Positions 39,730 to 47,627 of a stretch of 64,000 nucleotides of DNA are shown here, in pieces; position 1 is the first letter of the stretch; every line of letters starts with the position of its first letter. Source of the stretch: a virus. Taxonomy: Duplodnaviria > Caudoviricetes. Both the position numbers and the translations under genes were made by a program. The stretch is taken from IMG/VR virus record IMGVR_UViG_3300042154_002208; one strand, written 5' to 3'. A model generated the notes under the pieces. It was not told the origin of the DNA. It did no database searches and saw only the letters and a program-made list of their open reading frames with translations.

Positions 39730-39906
39730 ATGAATAGTAATAAAGAAATAAGTTTCACATTAAAACGCAGAGAAATTTGTGATAAGTGTGAACATCTTAC
39801 TACTATCATTGGTGCTAAGGTGTGCAATAAATGTGGGTGCTCTATATGGGCAAAGACCATGATACCTATTGCGAAATGCCCCGAAGGAAAATGGGATGAA
39901 AATTGA
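39730..39906 (+). CDS. Small Cys-rich protein (DUF6171-like), 58 aa, not in the ORF track
   Basis: MNSNKEISFTLKRREICDKCEHL...VCNKCGC...KCPEGKW. Confidence 0.75.
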   Translation: MNSNKEISFTLKRREICDKCEHLTTIIGAKVCNKCGCSIWAKTMIPIAKCPEGKWDEN

Positions 39907-40534
39907 ATTAACTAATAATTTTTTCAACACTAATGGTTATTGGTCTAAACCCATTGATAAAATATTATATACACCTACGCCGGAAGATGTAGAACTGTTT
40001 GACCAAAATGGTTATGATCTAACTGAATTGGAAAAACATTATGCTTATAGTAATAGGCAAAAAGATAAAAAACATAGACCACATCGTTCAGCATTAAAAA
40101 AAGATTGGTTTACACAGTATCCTAAGATAGAAGGTGCAGTTCTAAACCATAGTTTATTATTTGAACGAAAAGGATATACAGGCGAAGCATTAACTGAACT
40201 AACATACTGGGCAAAACAATTACCATTAGTATATAAAGTCATATCATTGCGACCAAAATGGGGGTTAGATTTCTCTATGGATTATGTCGATAGAGAAGGC
40301 AATTGTTTTGAAATATTGCATTGGGAATATGATGGATTTGATTGTGAAGAAGTTCAAGCATGTAAGTTATTAGTACAAGCAGAATTTGCAACTATAGATT
40401 GGGATGATGCTGCTAAAGGAATACTTAAGCATAAAGATGAATGGCATCACTTAGACTTTTTTGCTCAAAGTGATTGGAAATGTAATTACTTCGGTGTACC
40501 TAAAGAAAGATTTAAAATGGTGATTTGGAAATGA
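39896..40534 (+). CDS. Conserved hypothetical protein
   Basis: ATG 39896 in frame with the ORF-track call; LFDQNGYDL, PKWGLDFS.DY. Confidence 0.7.
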   Translation: MKIELTNNFFNTNGYWSKPIDKILYTPTPEDVELFDQNGYDLTELEKHYAYSNRQKDKKHRPHRSALKKDWFTQYPKIEGAVLNHSLLFERKGYTGEALTELTYWAKQLPLVYKVISLRPKWGLDFSMDYVDREGNCFEILHWEYDGFDCEEVQACKLLVQAEFATIDWDDAAKGILKHKDEWHHLDFFAQSDWKCNYFGVPKERFKMVIWK

Positions 40535-40995
40535 ATAAATTTGATTATGCTCATATGATTGTTGCGGAGACTTATGCTAAGTTATCATATGCTAACCGAT
40601 TACAGGTTGGTGCTGTTGTAGAAAAAGACAATAGAATTATATCTATTGGATACAACGGCACACCGGTTGGATGGGACAATACCTGTGAGGATACTTTTGA
40701 AGAGCATTCTACATATGTAATAGATATGGGTGGACCTGAGTATCCCATGATTACTACCCATACAAAAACAAAGCAAGAAGTTATTCATGCTGAAATGAAT
40801 GCTATTGGCAAGTTGGCTAAGTCAAATGAATCAGGTGCAGGTGCTACGATGTATATCACCCATGCACCATGCTTTGAATGTGCTAAACTTATACATATAG
40901 CAGGGATTAAAAAAGTGTTTTATCGCAATCAGTATAGAAGCGATGAAGGTATAAAATTTTTAAATAAGTGTAACATTGAAGTGGAGAAAATATGA
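40531..40995 (+). CDS. cd: dCMP deaminase
   Basis: QVGAV, GYNG, HAEMNAI, PCFECAK. Confidence 0.93.
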   Translation: MNKFDYAHMIVAETYAKLSYANRLQVGAVVEKDNRIISIGYNGTPVGWDNTCEDTFEEHSTYVIDMGGPEYPMITTHTKTKQEVIHAEMNAIGKLAKSNESGAGATMYITHAPCFECAKLIHIAGIKKVFYRNQYRSDEGIKFLNKCNIEVEKI

Positions 40996-41486
40996 GTGCG
41001 AATAAAAAAATTGGAATTACGTGTTCCACATTTGATCTGTTCCATGCGGGTCATGTGATTATGTTGGAGGAAGCAAAGCGTCAATGCGATTATCTAATTG
41101 CTGCGATTCAGGTCGACCCCACAATAGATAGAAAATCTAAAAACAAACCTGTTCAGTCAATCATTGAGAGACAGATTCAGGTATCAGCATGCAAGCATGT
41201 GGATGAGATTATTGTTTATTCTACAGAAAAAGAACTTGAGGACATCTTTATGGCATTGCCAATTGATGTTAGAATCTTGGGTGAAGAATATAAAGATACA
41301 GACTACACCGGCAAAGACATTTGCATGAAAAGAGGAATAGAATTGCATTTCAATAAACGAGATCATTTCTTTAGTTCATCTGACCTGCGTCAAAGAGTGT
41401 TTGATATAGAAACAAAAAAGAGAGGATTGACATGGCAAGAAAACAACATCACGAATGTGTCGAATGTGATGCCGTCTTCAAGATAA
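40992..41486 (+). CDS. Cytidylyltransferase (TagD-like glycerol-3-phosphate cytidylyltransferase family)
   Basis: TFDLFHAGH, ER..QVSACKHVDE, SSSDLR. Confidence 0.85.
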   Translation: MSANKKIGITCSTFDLFHAGHVIMLEEAKRQCDYLIAAIQVDPTIDRKSKNKPVQSIIERQIQVSACKHVDEIIVYSTEKELEDIFMALPIDVRILGEEYKDTDYTGKDICMKRGIELHFNKRDHFFSSSDLRQRVFDIETKKRGLTWQENNITNVSNVMPSSR

Positions 41487-41593
41487 ATTTTGATCTTGAC
41501 GAAGACTATTATAAAGTAGAGTTTTGTCCATTCTGCGGGTCGGCAATGGATGAAGACCAACAGGATGAGTACGAAGACGAAGACCTGTCCTAA
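41432..41593 (+). CDS. Small Zn-ribbon protein with acidic tail, 53 aa, not in the ORF track
   Basis: GAGGA RBS; MARKQHHECVEC...FCPFCGS...DEDQQDEYEDED. Confidence 0.7.
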   Translation: MARKQHHECVECDAVFKINFDLDEDYYKVEFCPFCGSAMDEDQQDEYEDEDLS

Positions 41594-41909
41594 GTGCAGC
41601 ACAGAACATACCAAACCAGGTAAGTTCTGTTCTCGCGCCTGTGCCAACTCCAGACAATGGAATGAAGAACAAAAGAAAGTCTTTTCAGAAAAACAAGCGG
41701 CATACATGGCACGCGAAGAATCTGAAGAGCATAGATATAAGAAATCTATACAAACCCAAATGCTGCAACGAGCCGGCATCATGGGAACCGGCGGATTAGT
41801 TGAAGACGCCGAAGATATAATGACAAATCCCGACGATTACTTCTTTGTTCCACCTAGGGATGATGGTGATAACTTTTCAGACGGAAACGACTATTGGGAA
41901 ACCGTATAA
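41565..41909 (+). CDS. Hypothetical protein with CxxC...CSxxC Zn motif
   Basis: CPKC...KFCSRACANSR. Confidence 0.65.
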   Translation: MSTKTKTCPKCSTEHTKPGKFCSRACANSRQWNEEQKKVFSEKQAAYMAREESEEHRYKKSIQTQMLQRAGIMGTGGLVEDAEDIMTNPDDYFFVPPRDDGDNFSDGNDYWETV

Positions 41910-41912
41910 ATA
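41905..41912 (+). promoter_or_regulatory. T4 late promoter TATAAATA
   Basis: Exact consensus upstream of the GIY-YIG gene and the orphan propeller gene. Confidence 0.7.
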
Positions 41913-41934
41913 CTAATTTAATATTGGTATTTAG

Positions 41935-42336
41935 ATGTGGCTATATAACGGAAACCCTTTAGAACTTATTCCAGACGACGCTTATGGTTATGTGTACTTG
42001 ATTACCAATACTGCCACGAATCGCAAGTATATAGGTAAAAAGTTGTTTTGGTTTCGCAGAACAAAGGTAGTTAAGGGTAAGAAGAAAAGATTAAAGGTTG
42101 AGTCAGATTGGAGAGATTATTGGTCTTCATCTGATGAGGTTAAAGCTGATGTTGAAACGCATGGTGCGGATAAGTTTATACGAGAGATACTGCATATATG
42201 CCCAAACAAAGGCCTGTGCAATTATTTAGAAGCAAGAGAACAAATGGATAGACGAGTTTTAGAAACAGAAGATTATTACAACGGCCAAGTGCAATGCCGC
42301 GTACATAAAACTCATATCAAGAATTTAAAGGTATAA
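41935..42336 (+). CDS. GIY-YIG family endonuclease (conserved in T4-like myoviruses)
   Basis: GYVYLITN...KYIGKK, WRDYWSS, FIREIL, YYN. Confidence 0.8.
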   Translation: MWLYNGNPLELIPDDAYGYVYLITNTATNRKYIGKKLFWFRRTKVVKGKKKRLKVESDWRDYWSSSDEVKADVETHGADKFIREILHICPNKGLCNYLEAREQMDRRVLETEDYYNGQVQCRVHKTHIKNLKV

Positions 42337-42348
42337 GAAAGAATTAAA

Positions 42349-43479
42349 ATGCAAATTACAAATGTTAACTTCGCTCTTGGCGGAATGAATATACAGACAT
42401 GGGATCCTCCTGTTCCAACGCTTTACCTTTGGGAATGGGGATATAATCCTTATGGCAATTTAGGATTAGGCGATACTACAAATAGATCCACTCCTACACA
42501 GGTTGGAGTATCTACTAATTGGAATTCTCTTTACGTTACTTCTTATAGAAGTATAGCAACTAAATCTGACGGTACGTCATGGGTGTGGGGATATAATGGA
42601 TATGGTCAATTAGGATTGGGCGCTGGCGGAAATGTATCGAGTCCAGTTCAGTTAGGTTCTGCGAATGAATGGTCAAGTTTCTCAGTAGGCCACAGTACAA
42701 ATCACACGATGGGGATAAAACCAAATGGGACTTTATGGGCATTTGGAAACAATAACCAAGGACAATTAGGTTTAAGTAATACTACAGGGTATTCAAGTCC
42801 AAAACAAGTTGGATTATTAACTAATTGGTTGGCTGCTGCTACCGGATATAGACATACGGTAGCTGTTAAAACAGATGGTACTTTGTGGGCATGGGGCAGT
42901 AATCAAGTATATCATCTAGGCTTGGGTGATAATACAAATAGATCTAGTCCAGTACAAGTTGGAAGTGCAACCAATTGGTTAAAGGTTGTTGCAGGTAAAT
43001 GGCATTCTTATGCAATTAAAACTGACGGAACCATTTGGTCTTGGGGACAAAATTATAAAGGTGCAACAGGTTTAAATGAGGGTGGTACTAACGCAACCTC
43101 AACTCCTACAAAAATAGGAACATTAACTAATTGGTTAAATGTTTCTGCAGGAGAGTATACTGCGTACGCTATAAAAACAGATGGAACCTTATGGGCATGG
43201 GGTTTAGGCACTAGCGGGCAATTAGGATTAAGTGGTACTACAAATAGATCAAGTCCAACACAGGTTGGCGCATTGACTAATTGGTTAAGTGTTGCCGGCG
43301 GAGCATACTGGGCAGCGGCGGTAAAAACCAATGGTACGCTGTGGACATGGGGATATAATCCTTATGGTAATTTAGGATTAGGCAATACTACAGATAGATC
43401 AAGTCCAGTGCAAGTAGGCGCATTAACTTCTTGGACAACAATAGGTGCAGGCTCCTATAATGGCGCAGCAATAGGATAA
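42349..43479 (+). CDS. Orphan RCC1/BLIP-II propeller paralogue
   Basis: MQITNVNFALGGMNIQTWDPPVP + 7 repeats. Confidence 0.9.
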   Translation: MQITNVNFALGGMNIQTWDPPVPTLYLWEWGYNPYGNLGLGDTTNRSTPTQVGVSTNWNSLYVTSYRSIATKSDGTSWVWGYNGYGQLGLGAGGNVSSPVQLGSANEWSSFSVGHSTNHTMGIKPNGTLWAFGNNNQGQLGLSNTTGYSSPKQVGLLTNWLAAATGYRHTVAVKTDGTLWAWGSNQVYHLGLGDNTNRSSPVQVGSATNWLKVVAGKWHSYAIKTDGTIWSWGQNYKGATGLNEGGTNATSTPTKIGTLTNWLNVSAGEYTAYAIKTDGTLWAWGLGTSGQLGLSGTTNRSSPTQVGALTNWLSVAGGAYWAAAVKTNGTLWTWGYNPYGNLGLGNTTDRSSPVQVGALTSWTTIGAGSYNGAAIG

Positions 43480-43516
43480 AATAAAATGCCATTAGTTTTT
43501 AACAGGCAATAATATA

Positions 43517-43837
43517 ATGACAATACTACAACTACTTGAATGCGTATTTTATGCGTGGATAATTTGGAATGCAATTGGCTTTATTAGAGCGGTAACTAAT
43601 AAAGACATGCAACAATATAAAATGATTACTCCTCCCAGTGAACAGGAAAAGTATATAGAATGCAGAGTTGAGCATCACGGAGATCAAGTATACTTATGGA
43701 CTTTGAACCCTGAATCATTTCTAATTCAAGGCAAGTCTTTAGATGAGATACAAGAGGCATTGCTAAAGATAATGCCCAACACGACTCTGGTAATAACAGA
43801 ATCAGATCGAGAGTTAGACGGTCTAAACCCTGTGTAA
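43517..43837 (+). CDS. Membrane-anchored hypothetical protein
   Basis: N-terminal hydrophobic helix. Confidence 0.6.
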   Translation: MTILQLLECVFYAWIIWNAIGFIRAVTNKDMQQYKMITPPSEQEKYIECRVEHHGDQVYLWTLNPESFLIQGKSLDEIQEALLKIMPNTTLVITESDRELDGLNPV

Positions 43838-43845
43838 GTTATAAA

Positions 43846-43876
43846 GTATCTGCACTGCGACAGCAGCTGTGGATAC
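43846..43876. terminator. Hairpin between convergent transcription units
   Basis: GTATCTGCA/TGTGGATAC 9 bp (2 G-U) + CTGC-GACA-GCAG GNRA-capped stem, between + gene end 43837 and - gene end 43915. Confidence 0.6.
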
Positions 43877-43914
43877 TGCCACGATTAAAACGTAATAAAT
43901 TGTGTGTTTCATTT

Positions 43915-44187
43915 TTAATTATCCCAAGTGACATGATCCGCAACCGGAGATATCATTTTCATTATTTGTTCGTATTCAAGTTTATTTTTATGCACATCAT
44001 AGCTGTAAGGTACTCGGATGCAAGTGAGAATATAATGTTTCATTTTATTTGTGATGCGAATAGACATCTGTTCTAATACTGTGTCAGCGGGCGTTCCGTG
44101 TGCCAATGCTTGCATGGCATAACCGAATTCAAACTGTCTGACTCTTTCAGACCATTGTTCAAATGTCTCTCCGTCTTTGATTTTCAT
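43915..44187 (-). CDS. Hypothetical protein resembling the glutamyl-tRNA reductase (HemA) C-terminal dimerisation helix
   Basis: VLEQMSIRITNKMKH resembles the HemA C-terminal TNKxxH motif. Confidence 0.5.
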   Translation of the reverse strand: MKIKDGETFEQWSERVRQFEFGYAMQALAHGTPADTVLEQMSIRITNKMKHYILTCIRVPYSYDVHKNKLEYEQIMKMISPVADHVTWDN

Positions 44188-44387
44188 TTAAATAATGATA
44201 AAGATGCGAGTTTTGATTCCAAATAGGCAATCTGTGTTACTATGGCATCGAATGATGCACAGGTGCTAGATGAACCTGGTACACCCACAGTATGTTGCAA
44301 TAATACTTCAGCGTCAATTCTAAACTGTTCAATATCTGCGGTGTATCGTGCTGCGGTTGCATCGATGATTTGATTTCTAAAACTCAT
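44184..44387 (-). CDS. Conserved phage hypothetical protein
   Basis: ATG 44387 coupled to the upstream stop; Y..DIE......EVLL...VG motif. Confidence 0.6.
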   Translation of the reverse strand: MSFRNQIIDATAARYTADIEQFRIDAEVLLQHTVGVPGSSSTCASFDAIVTQIAYLESKLASLSLFK

Positions 44388-44554
44388 TATGTGTTCTTTC
44401 GTGTTTGATGTCGATATTCTCTTTTTATCCACCATTTATATTTGCCCCAATATTCTTGAATAGTTATTTGTTCTTCTTTGTGTAGGAATCTTTCTTCTAG
44501 ATTTTCATGCCATAATCTAAAAACCCACAATCTAAATTTAGAATCTTTATACAT
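44387..44554 (-). CDS. Small Trp-rich hypothetical protein, 55 aa, not in the ORF track
   Basis: MYKDSKFRLWVFRLWHENLEE...EYWGKYKWWIKREYR; fills the operon gap exactly. Confidence 0.65.
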   Translation of the reverse strand: MYKDSKFRLWVFRLWHENLEERFLHKEEQITIQEYWGKYKWWIKREYRHQTRKNT

Positions 44555-44738
44555 AATCTTCATACATTATTTTAGCACCATCCTCACCCAATTCATTTAC
44601 AAATATCTCATGAGTACGTTGCATCATGGCACATGCCATCATTAGTATATCTTCTCTATTATCGCACATCAAAATCTGTTGTTCTATAGGAGCCATTAAT
44701 TCTTCCATGCGTTGTTTTGTTGTGTCGTTATTGTTCAT
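44547..44738 (-). CDS. Hypothetical protein
   Basis: GAGGAG RBS, ATGA coupling. Confidence 0.7.
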   Translation of the reverse strand: MNNNDTTKQRMEELMAPIEQQILMCDNREDILMMACAMMQRTHEIFVNELGEDGAKIMYEDYV

Positions 44739-44902
44739 ACAATCTCCTCAAGAATGCCCAATAGTTCTGCAGTAATTAACAATAGACCGGCAATAACAAA
44801 ATCACCCGTGATTAAGTATGCCCCTGCTATAATTCGCATTCCACTTTTAATCAAACTGATATAAAAGTGACCTTTGCTTGTATCTTTTGGCTGAATATCC
44901 AT
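44735..44902 (-). CDS. Small membrane protein, 55 aa, not in the ORF track
   Basis: MDIQPKDTSKGHFYISLIKSGMRIIAG...AELLGILEEIV; first gene after the leftward promoter. Confidence 0.7.
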   Translation of the reverse strand: MDIQPKDTSKGHFYISLIKSGMRIIAGAYLITGDFVIAGLLLITAELLGILEEIV

Positions 44903-44936
44903 GTAGAATCCCTATATTGTAGATAATATTACCTCG

Positions 44937-44965
44937 ATTATATATTCTTTTTGATGTCTTGTCAA
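44937..44965 (-). promoter_or_regulatory. Leftward sigma70 early promoter
   Basis: Minus strand TTGACA-17 nt-TATAAT; drives the five-gene minus-strand operon. Confidence 0.85.
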
Positions 44966-45008
44966 GCACTTTTTTAGCAGAAATTCGAATCTTTTTGACT
45001 AAAAAGGC

Positions 45009-45037
45009 TTGACAAGATGTGCATTTGCACATATAAT
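45009..45037 (+). promoter_or_regulatory. Rightward sigma70 early promoter with palindromic spacer
   Basis: TTGACA-17-TATAAT; spacer has ATGTGCA-TT-TGCACAT (45017-45032). Confidence 0.85.
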
Positions 45038-45102
45038 TATGACATGATGAAAAGTAAATTTGTGCAAATCAAAAGAACCCATAAAGCCAAAAGGGTTATT
45101 GC

Positions 45103-45131
45103 TTGTGCAAATGTGCAAAAGCAATTATAAT
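45103..45131 (+). promoter_or_regulatory. Promoter with variant -35 (TTGTGC)
   Basis: TTGTGC-17-TATAAT preceded by GGGTTATTGC, as in other cassettes. Confidence 0.6.
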
Positions 45132-45162
45132 AGATATATAGCAAACAAAAACAGGAGTTAGT

Positions 45163-46071
45163 ATGCGTGTAAAAGTAATTTTCAACAAAGCAAAGAATCG
45201 TTTCGAAGGTTTTGTTGATGGTAAAATGGTCTCAAGATCACGTCATGAATCTTATGTGCGCGACCAGATTGCTAAATTAGGTTTGCAAGTAGAACCAGTA
45301 AGCGGTACTGTAAATACCCAGCCCAAGGTTGACGAATTTGGTATCAACAAGCGTTTTGACTTTGTTGCACAAATGGTCACAATGGTTGCTAAAAAGACTA
45401 TCGCATCGGCAATTATCACAGGCCAAGGTGGCTTGGGTAAGACACATACTGTTTTGAAATCACTCAAAGCACAGAACTTGATTGACACTACAGACTTAGC
45501 ACAGTTCGAAGAAGGTGCTCGCATTAATAGTGAAAAGAGTTTTCGCATTGTAAAAGGTTACAGTACTGCTAAAGGTCTGTATCGCACATTGTTCGAAGGC
45601 AATGGTCAAGTATTAGTATTTGATGACTGCGATAGCGTGCTCAAAGACCCAGTTGCTCTTAATTTGCTCAAGGGTGCACTTGACTCATACGGCGAACGCT
45701 GGATCAACTGGAATGCAGACATGAAAGATGACGATCTGCCCCGCAGTTTCAAATTTACAGGTAGCATTGTGTTTATCTCGAACATGGATCTTGATCGTGT
45801 AGACCAAGCTGTTAAGAGTCGTGCAATGTGCGTTGACTTGAGCATGACACAAGCTCAAAAGATTGAGCGCATGGAAGTGTTGATTGACGATTCAGAGTTT
45901 ATGCCAGAGTTTGCAACATCGCATAAAGCTGACGCAATTGCATTTATCAAGACAATTGGTAATAGCATTGAGAACTTGAGTTTGCGTTCGTTAATCTCAA
46001 CGACAAAGATTCGTGCAGAAGGTGGCGATTGGAAACAATTGGCTAAGTATGTATTGACACAAGGTGCTTAA
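45163..46071 (+). CDS. AAA+/P-loop ATPase
   Basis: Walker A GQGGLGKT, Walker B LVFDD, FISN sensor, AVKSR. Confidence 0.85.
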   Translation: MRVKVIFNKAKNRFEGFVDGKMVSRSRHESYVRDQIAKLGLQVEPVSGTVNTQPKVDEFGINKRFDFVAQMVTMVAKKTIASAIITGQGGLGKTHTVLKSLKAQNLIDTTDLAQFEEGARINSEKSFRIVKGYSTAKGLYRTLFEGNGQVLVFDDCDSVLKDPVALNLLKGALDSYGERWINWNADMKDDDLPRSFKFTGSIVFISNMDLDRVDQAVKSRAMCVDLSMTQAQKIERMEVLIDDSEFMPEFATSHKADAIAFIKTIGNSIENLSLRSLISTTKIRAEGGDWKQLAKYVLTQGA

Positions 46072-46072
46072 T

Positions 46073-46300
46073 ATGACAGACCGAGATATGGGAAATTTAA
46101 TGTTCTTATTGAAAGCAGACGATGAGACATTTAGACACTGGCTTGAAAATTGTAGCTTTGACGATATTGCATATGCAAATGAATTGATTACTGCATATAG
46201 AAAAGAGAAAATATATCTAGCAGAAGATGTCGATGATTTCTCTCTTGCTAAAGATGTTCTAAGTAAATTCACATTAGGTACGAAACTCAAGAATGGCTAG
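46073..46300 (+). CDS. Hypothetical early protein
   Basis: ATG 46073 follows the ATPase stop. Confidence 0.65.
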   Translation: MTDRDMGNLMFLLKADDETFRHWLENCSFDDIAYANELITAYRKEKIYLAEDVDDFSLAKDVLSKFTLGTKLKNG

Positions 46301-46547
46301 TCTAAAAGATCATTTTGAATCCGTTAGATACTTTGGTAAATATCAATTAGGTGATAGAGTTACTGGAGTGTACAAAGGTGTTAGGTGGGTAGGCTCTGTG
46401 GGTAATGACAGGGTTATCAACGAACAACAAGGCCCTACAGTAACTATTCATCTTGATTTACCTTTCAAGATCGAAGACGAAATATACAAGCATATACTTA
46501 TTGTCAAACCCAAAGATATTAAAAGATTAACTAATTATGACGTATAA
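46293..46547 (+). CDS. Hypothetical early protein (SH3-like beta)
   Basis: Overlapping operon arrangement. Confidence 0.65.
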   Translation: MASLKDHFESVRYFGKYQLGDRVTGVYKGVRWVGSVGNDRVINEQQGPTVTIHLDLPFKIEDEIYKHILIVKPKDIKRLTNYDV

Positions 46548-46824
46548 TAGAGAATTAGTAATAAACACTAAAGATTGTGTTTATCATCCTAAAGCCAAAC
46601 GATTAACTATCTCTACAGAGAAAATAGCTGGCTCGATTATCTTTCCTAATACAGTATATGTCAAATCACATCATACTAATAATCAGATAACATTTAAACC
46701 TATTAAAGAAACTCATAATGATTTTGACCAAGATCAATGGGATGGTGAACAGCAAATATATGAACCAATATATACTGGAGTTAAAGTTAATGTTAAAACT
46801 CTGGTAATATATCGAGGCGAATAA
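46537..46824 (+). CDS. Hypothetical early protein
   Basis: Overlapping operon arrangement. Confidence 0.65.
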   Translation: MTYNRELVINTKDCVYHPKAKRLTISTEKIAGSIIFPNTVYVKSHHTNNQITFKPIKETHNDFDQDQWDGEQQIYEPIYTGVKVNVKTLVIYRGE

Positions 46825-46834
46825 TCAGTGTTGC

Positions 46835-46863
46835 ATTATAACATCGTTCAAGTGTTCTGTCAA
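46835..46863 (-). promoter_or_regulatory. Leftward (antisense) sigma70 promoter
   Basis: Minus strand TTGACA-gaacacttgaacgatgt-TATAAT; no minus-strand gene downstream. Confidence 0.7.
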
Positions 46864-46900
46864 GCACGTTATAGTACCCATACAAATTGCTCGGGAATGC

Positions 46901-46929
46901 TTGACAGGTTGTCCAAAATGTGCTATAAT
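46901..46929 (+). promoter_or_regulatory. sigma70 early promoter, extended -10
   Basis: TTGACA-17-TATAAT with TGTG extension. Confidence 0.9.
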
Positions 46930-46953
46930 TGAGACATAGCAAAAAGGAAATAT

Positions 46954-47268
46954 ATGAAATTAGTCATTTCAACTCAAGTATACGAAAATTATGGTGCTCA
47001 CGATTGGGATGGTACTGGCGAGTGCCCTCAATACTGGAAAGCCAAAGGCGGTAGCGATTACGCTATTAAGAACTTCAAAGGTGGCGATGAAGAGGCTGTC
47101 AAAGCAATCTTTTGTTTACGTCCAAAGATTGAGAGTGACGACGAGTTCTATCGTGAGTATATCCTAAGCTGGAACATTGTCGGCGACGACTACCTCACAG
47201 AGTTCGAGCAGTCACAGCTTGACTACGAAGGCAAGATTCGTTTCCCCGTCAAGGAGTTGGCATGGTAA
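46954..47268 (+). CDS. Conserved phage hypothetical early protein
   Basis: AAAGGA RBS; TQVYENYGAHDWDG.GECPQYWKAKGG. Confidence 0.75.
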   Translation: MKLVISTQVYENYGAHDWDGTGECPQYWKAKGGSDYAIKNFKGGDEEAVKAIFCLRPKIESDDEFYREYILSWNIVGDDYLTEFEQSQLDYEGKIRFPVKELAW

Positions 47269-47339
47269 TGAATATTTTATTAGGAATGTGTATTGGTGTT
47301 TGTTTGGGTCTAGCAATACATCTTTTTTATATTGACTAA
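47268..47339 (+). CDS. 23-aa hydrophobic peptide
   Basis: TAATG coupling, AAGGAG upstream; MNILLGMCIGVCLGLAIHLFYID. Confidence 0.45.
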   Translation: MNILLGMCIGVCLGLAIHLFYID

Positions 47340-47348
47340 GGAATTATA

Positions 47349-47618
47349 ATGCGTACAAAGACATTGGTTGACGGTTTAAAGAATTCACAAAAGATCCGAG
47401 TCATTATAGATGGCTTTGGAATCTATACTACGGTCGGCAATATATTCAATGTATATGCTCATCACAGCTTGAAGCAGGCAGCATGGGATGGGTTGTTGCG
47501 TTTGAGTAGCGATCGCTATTTTGCTGAAAGAGCAAACAAAGAATTACCAACGATGGTTAGCATAAAGAGTATGAATACTACTCAGATTGCTAAGCAAGTA
47601 CAAATTGATTTGATTTAA
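47349..47618 (+). CDS. Hypothetical early protein
   Basis: AAGGA RBS. Confidence 0.7.
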   Translation: MRTKTLVDGLKNSQKIRVIIDGFGIYTTVGNIFNVYAHHSLKQAAWDGLLRLSSDRYFAERANKELPTMVSIKSMNTTQIAKQVQIDLI

Positions 47619-47627
47619 GGAATAGAT

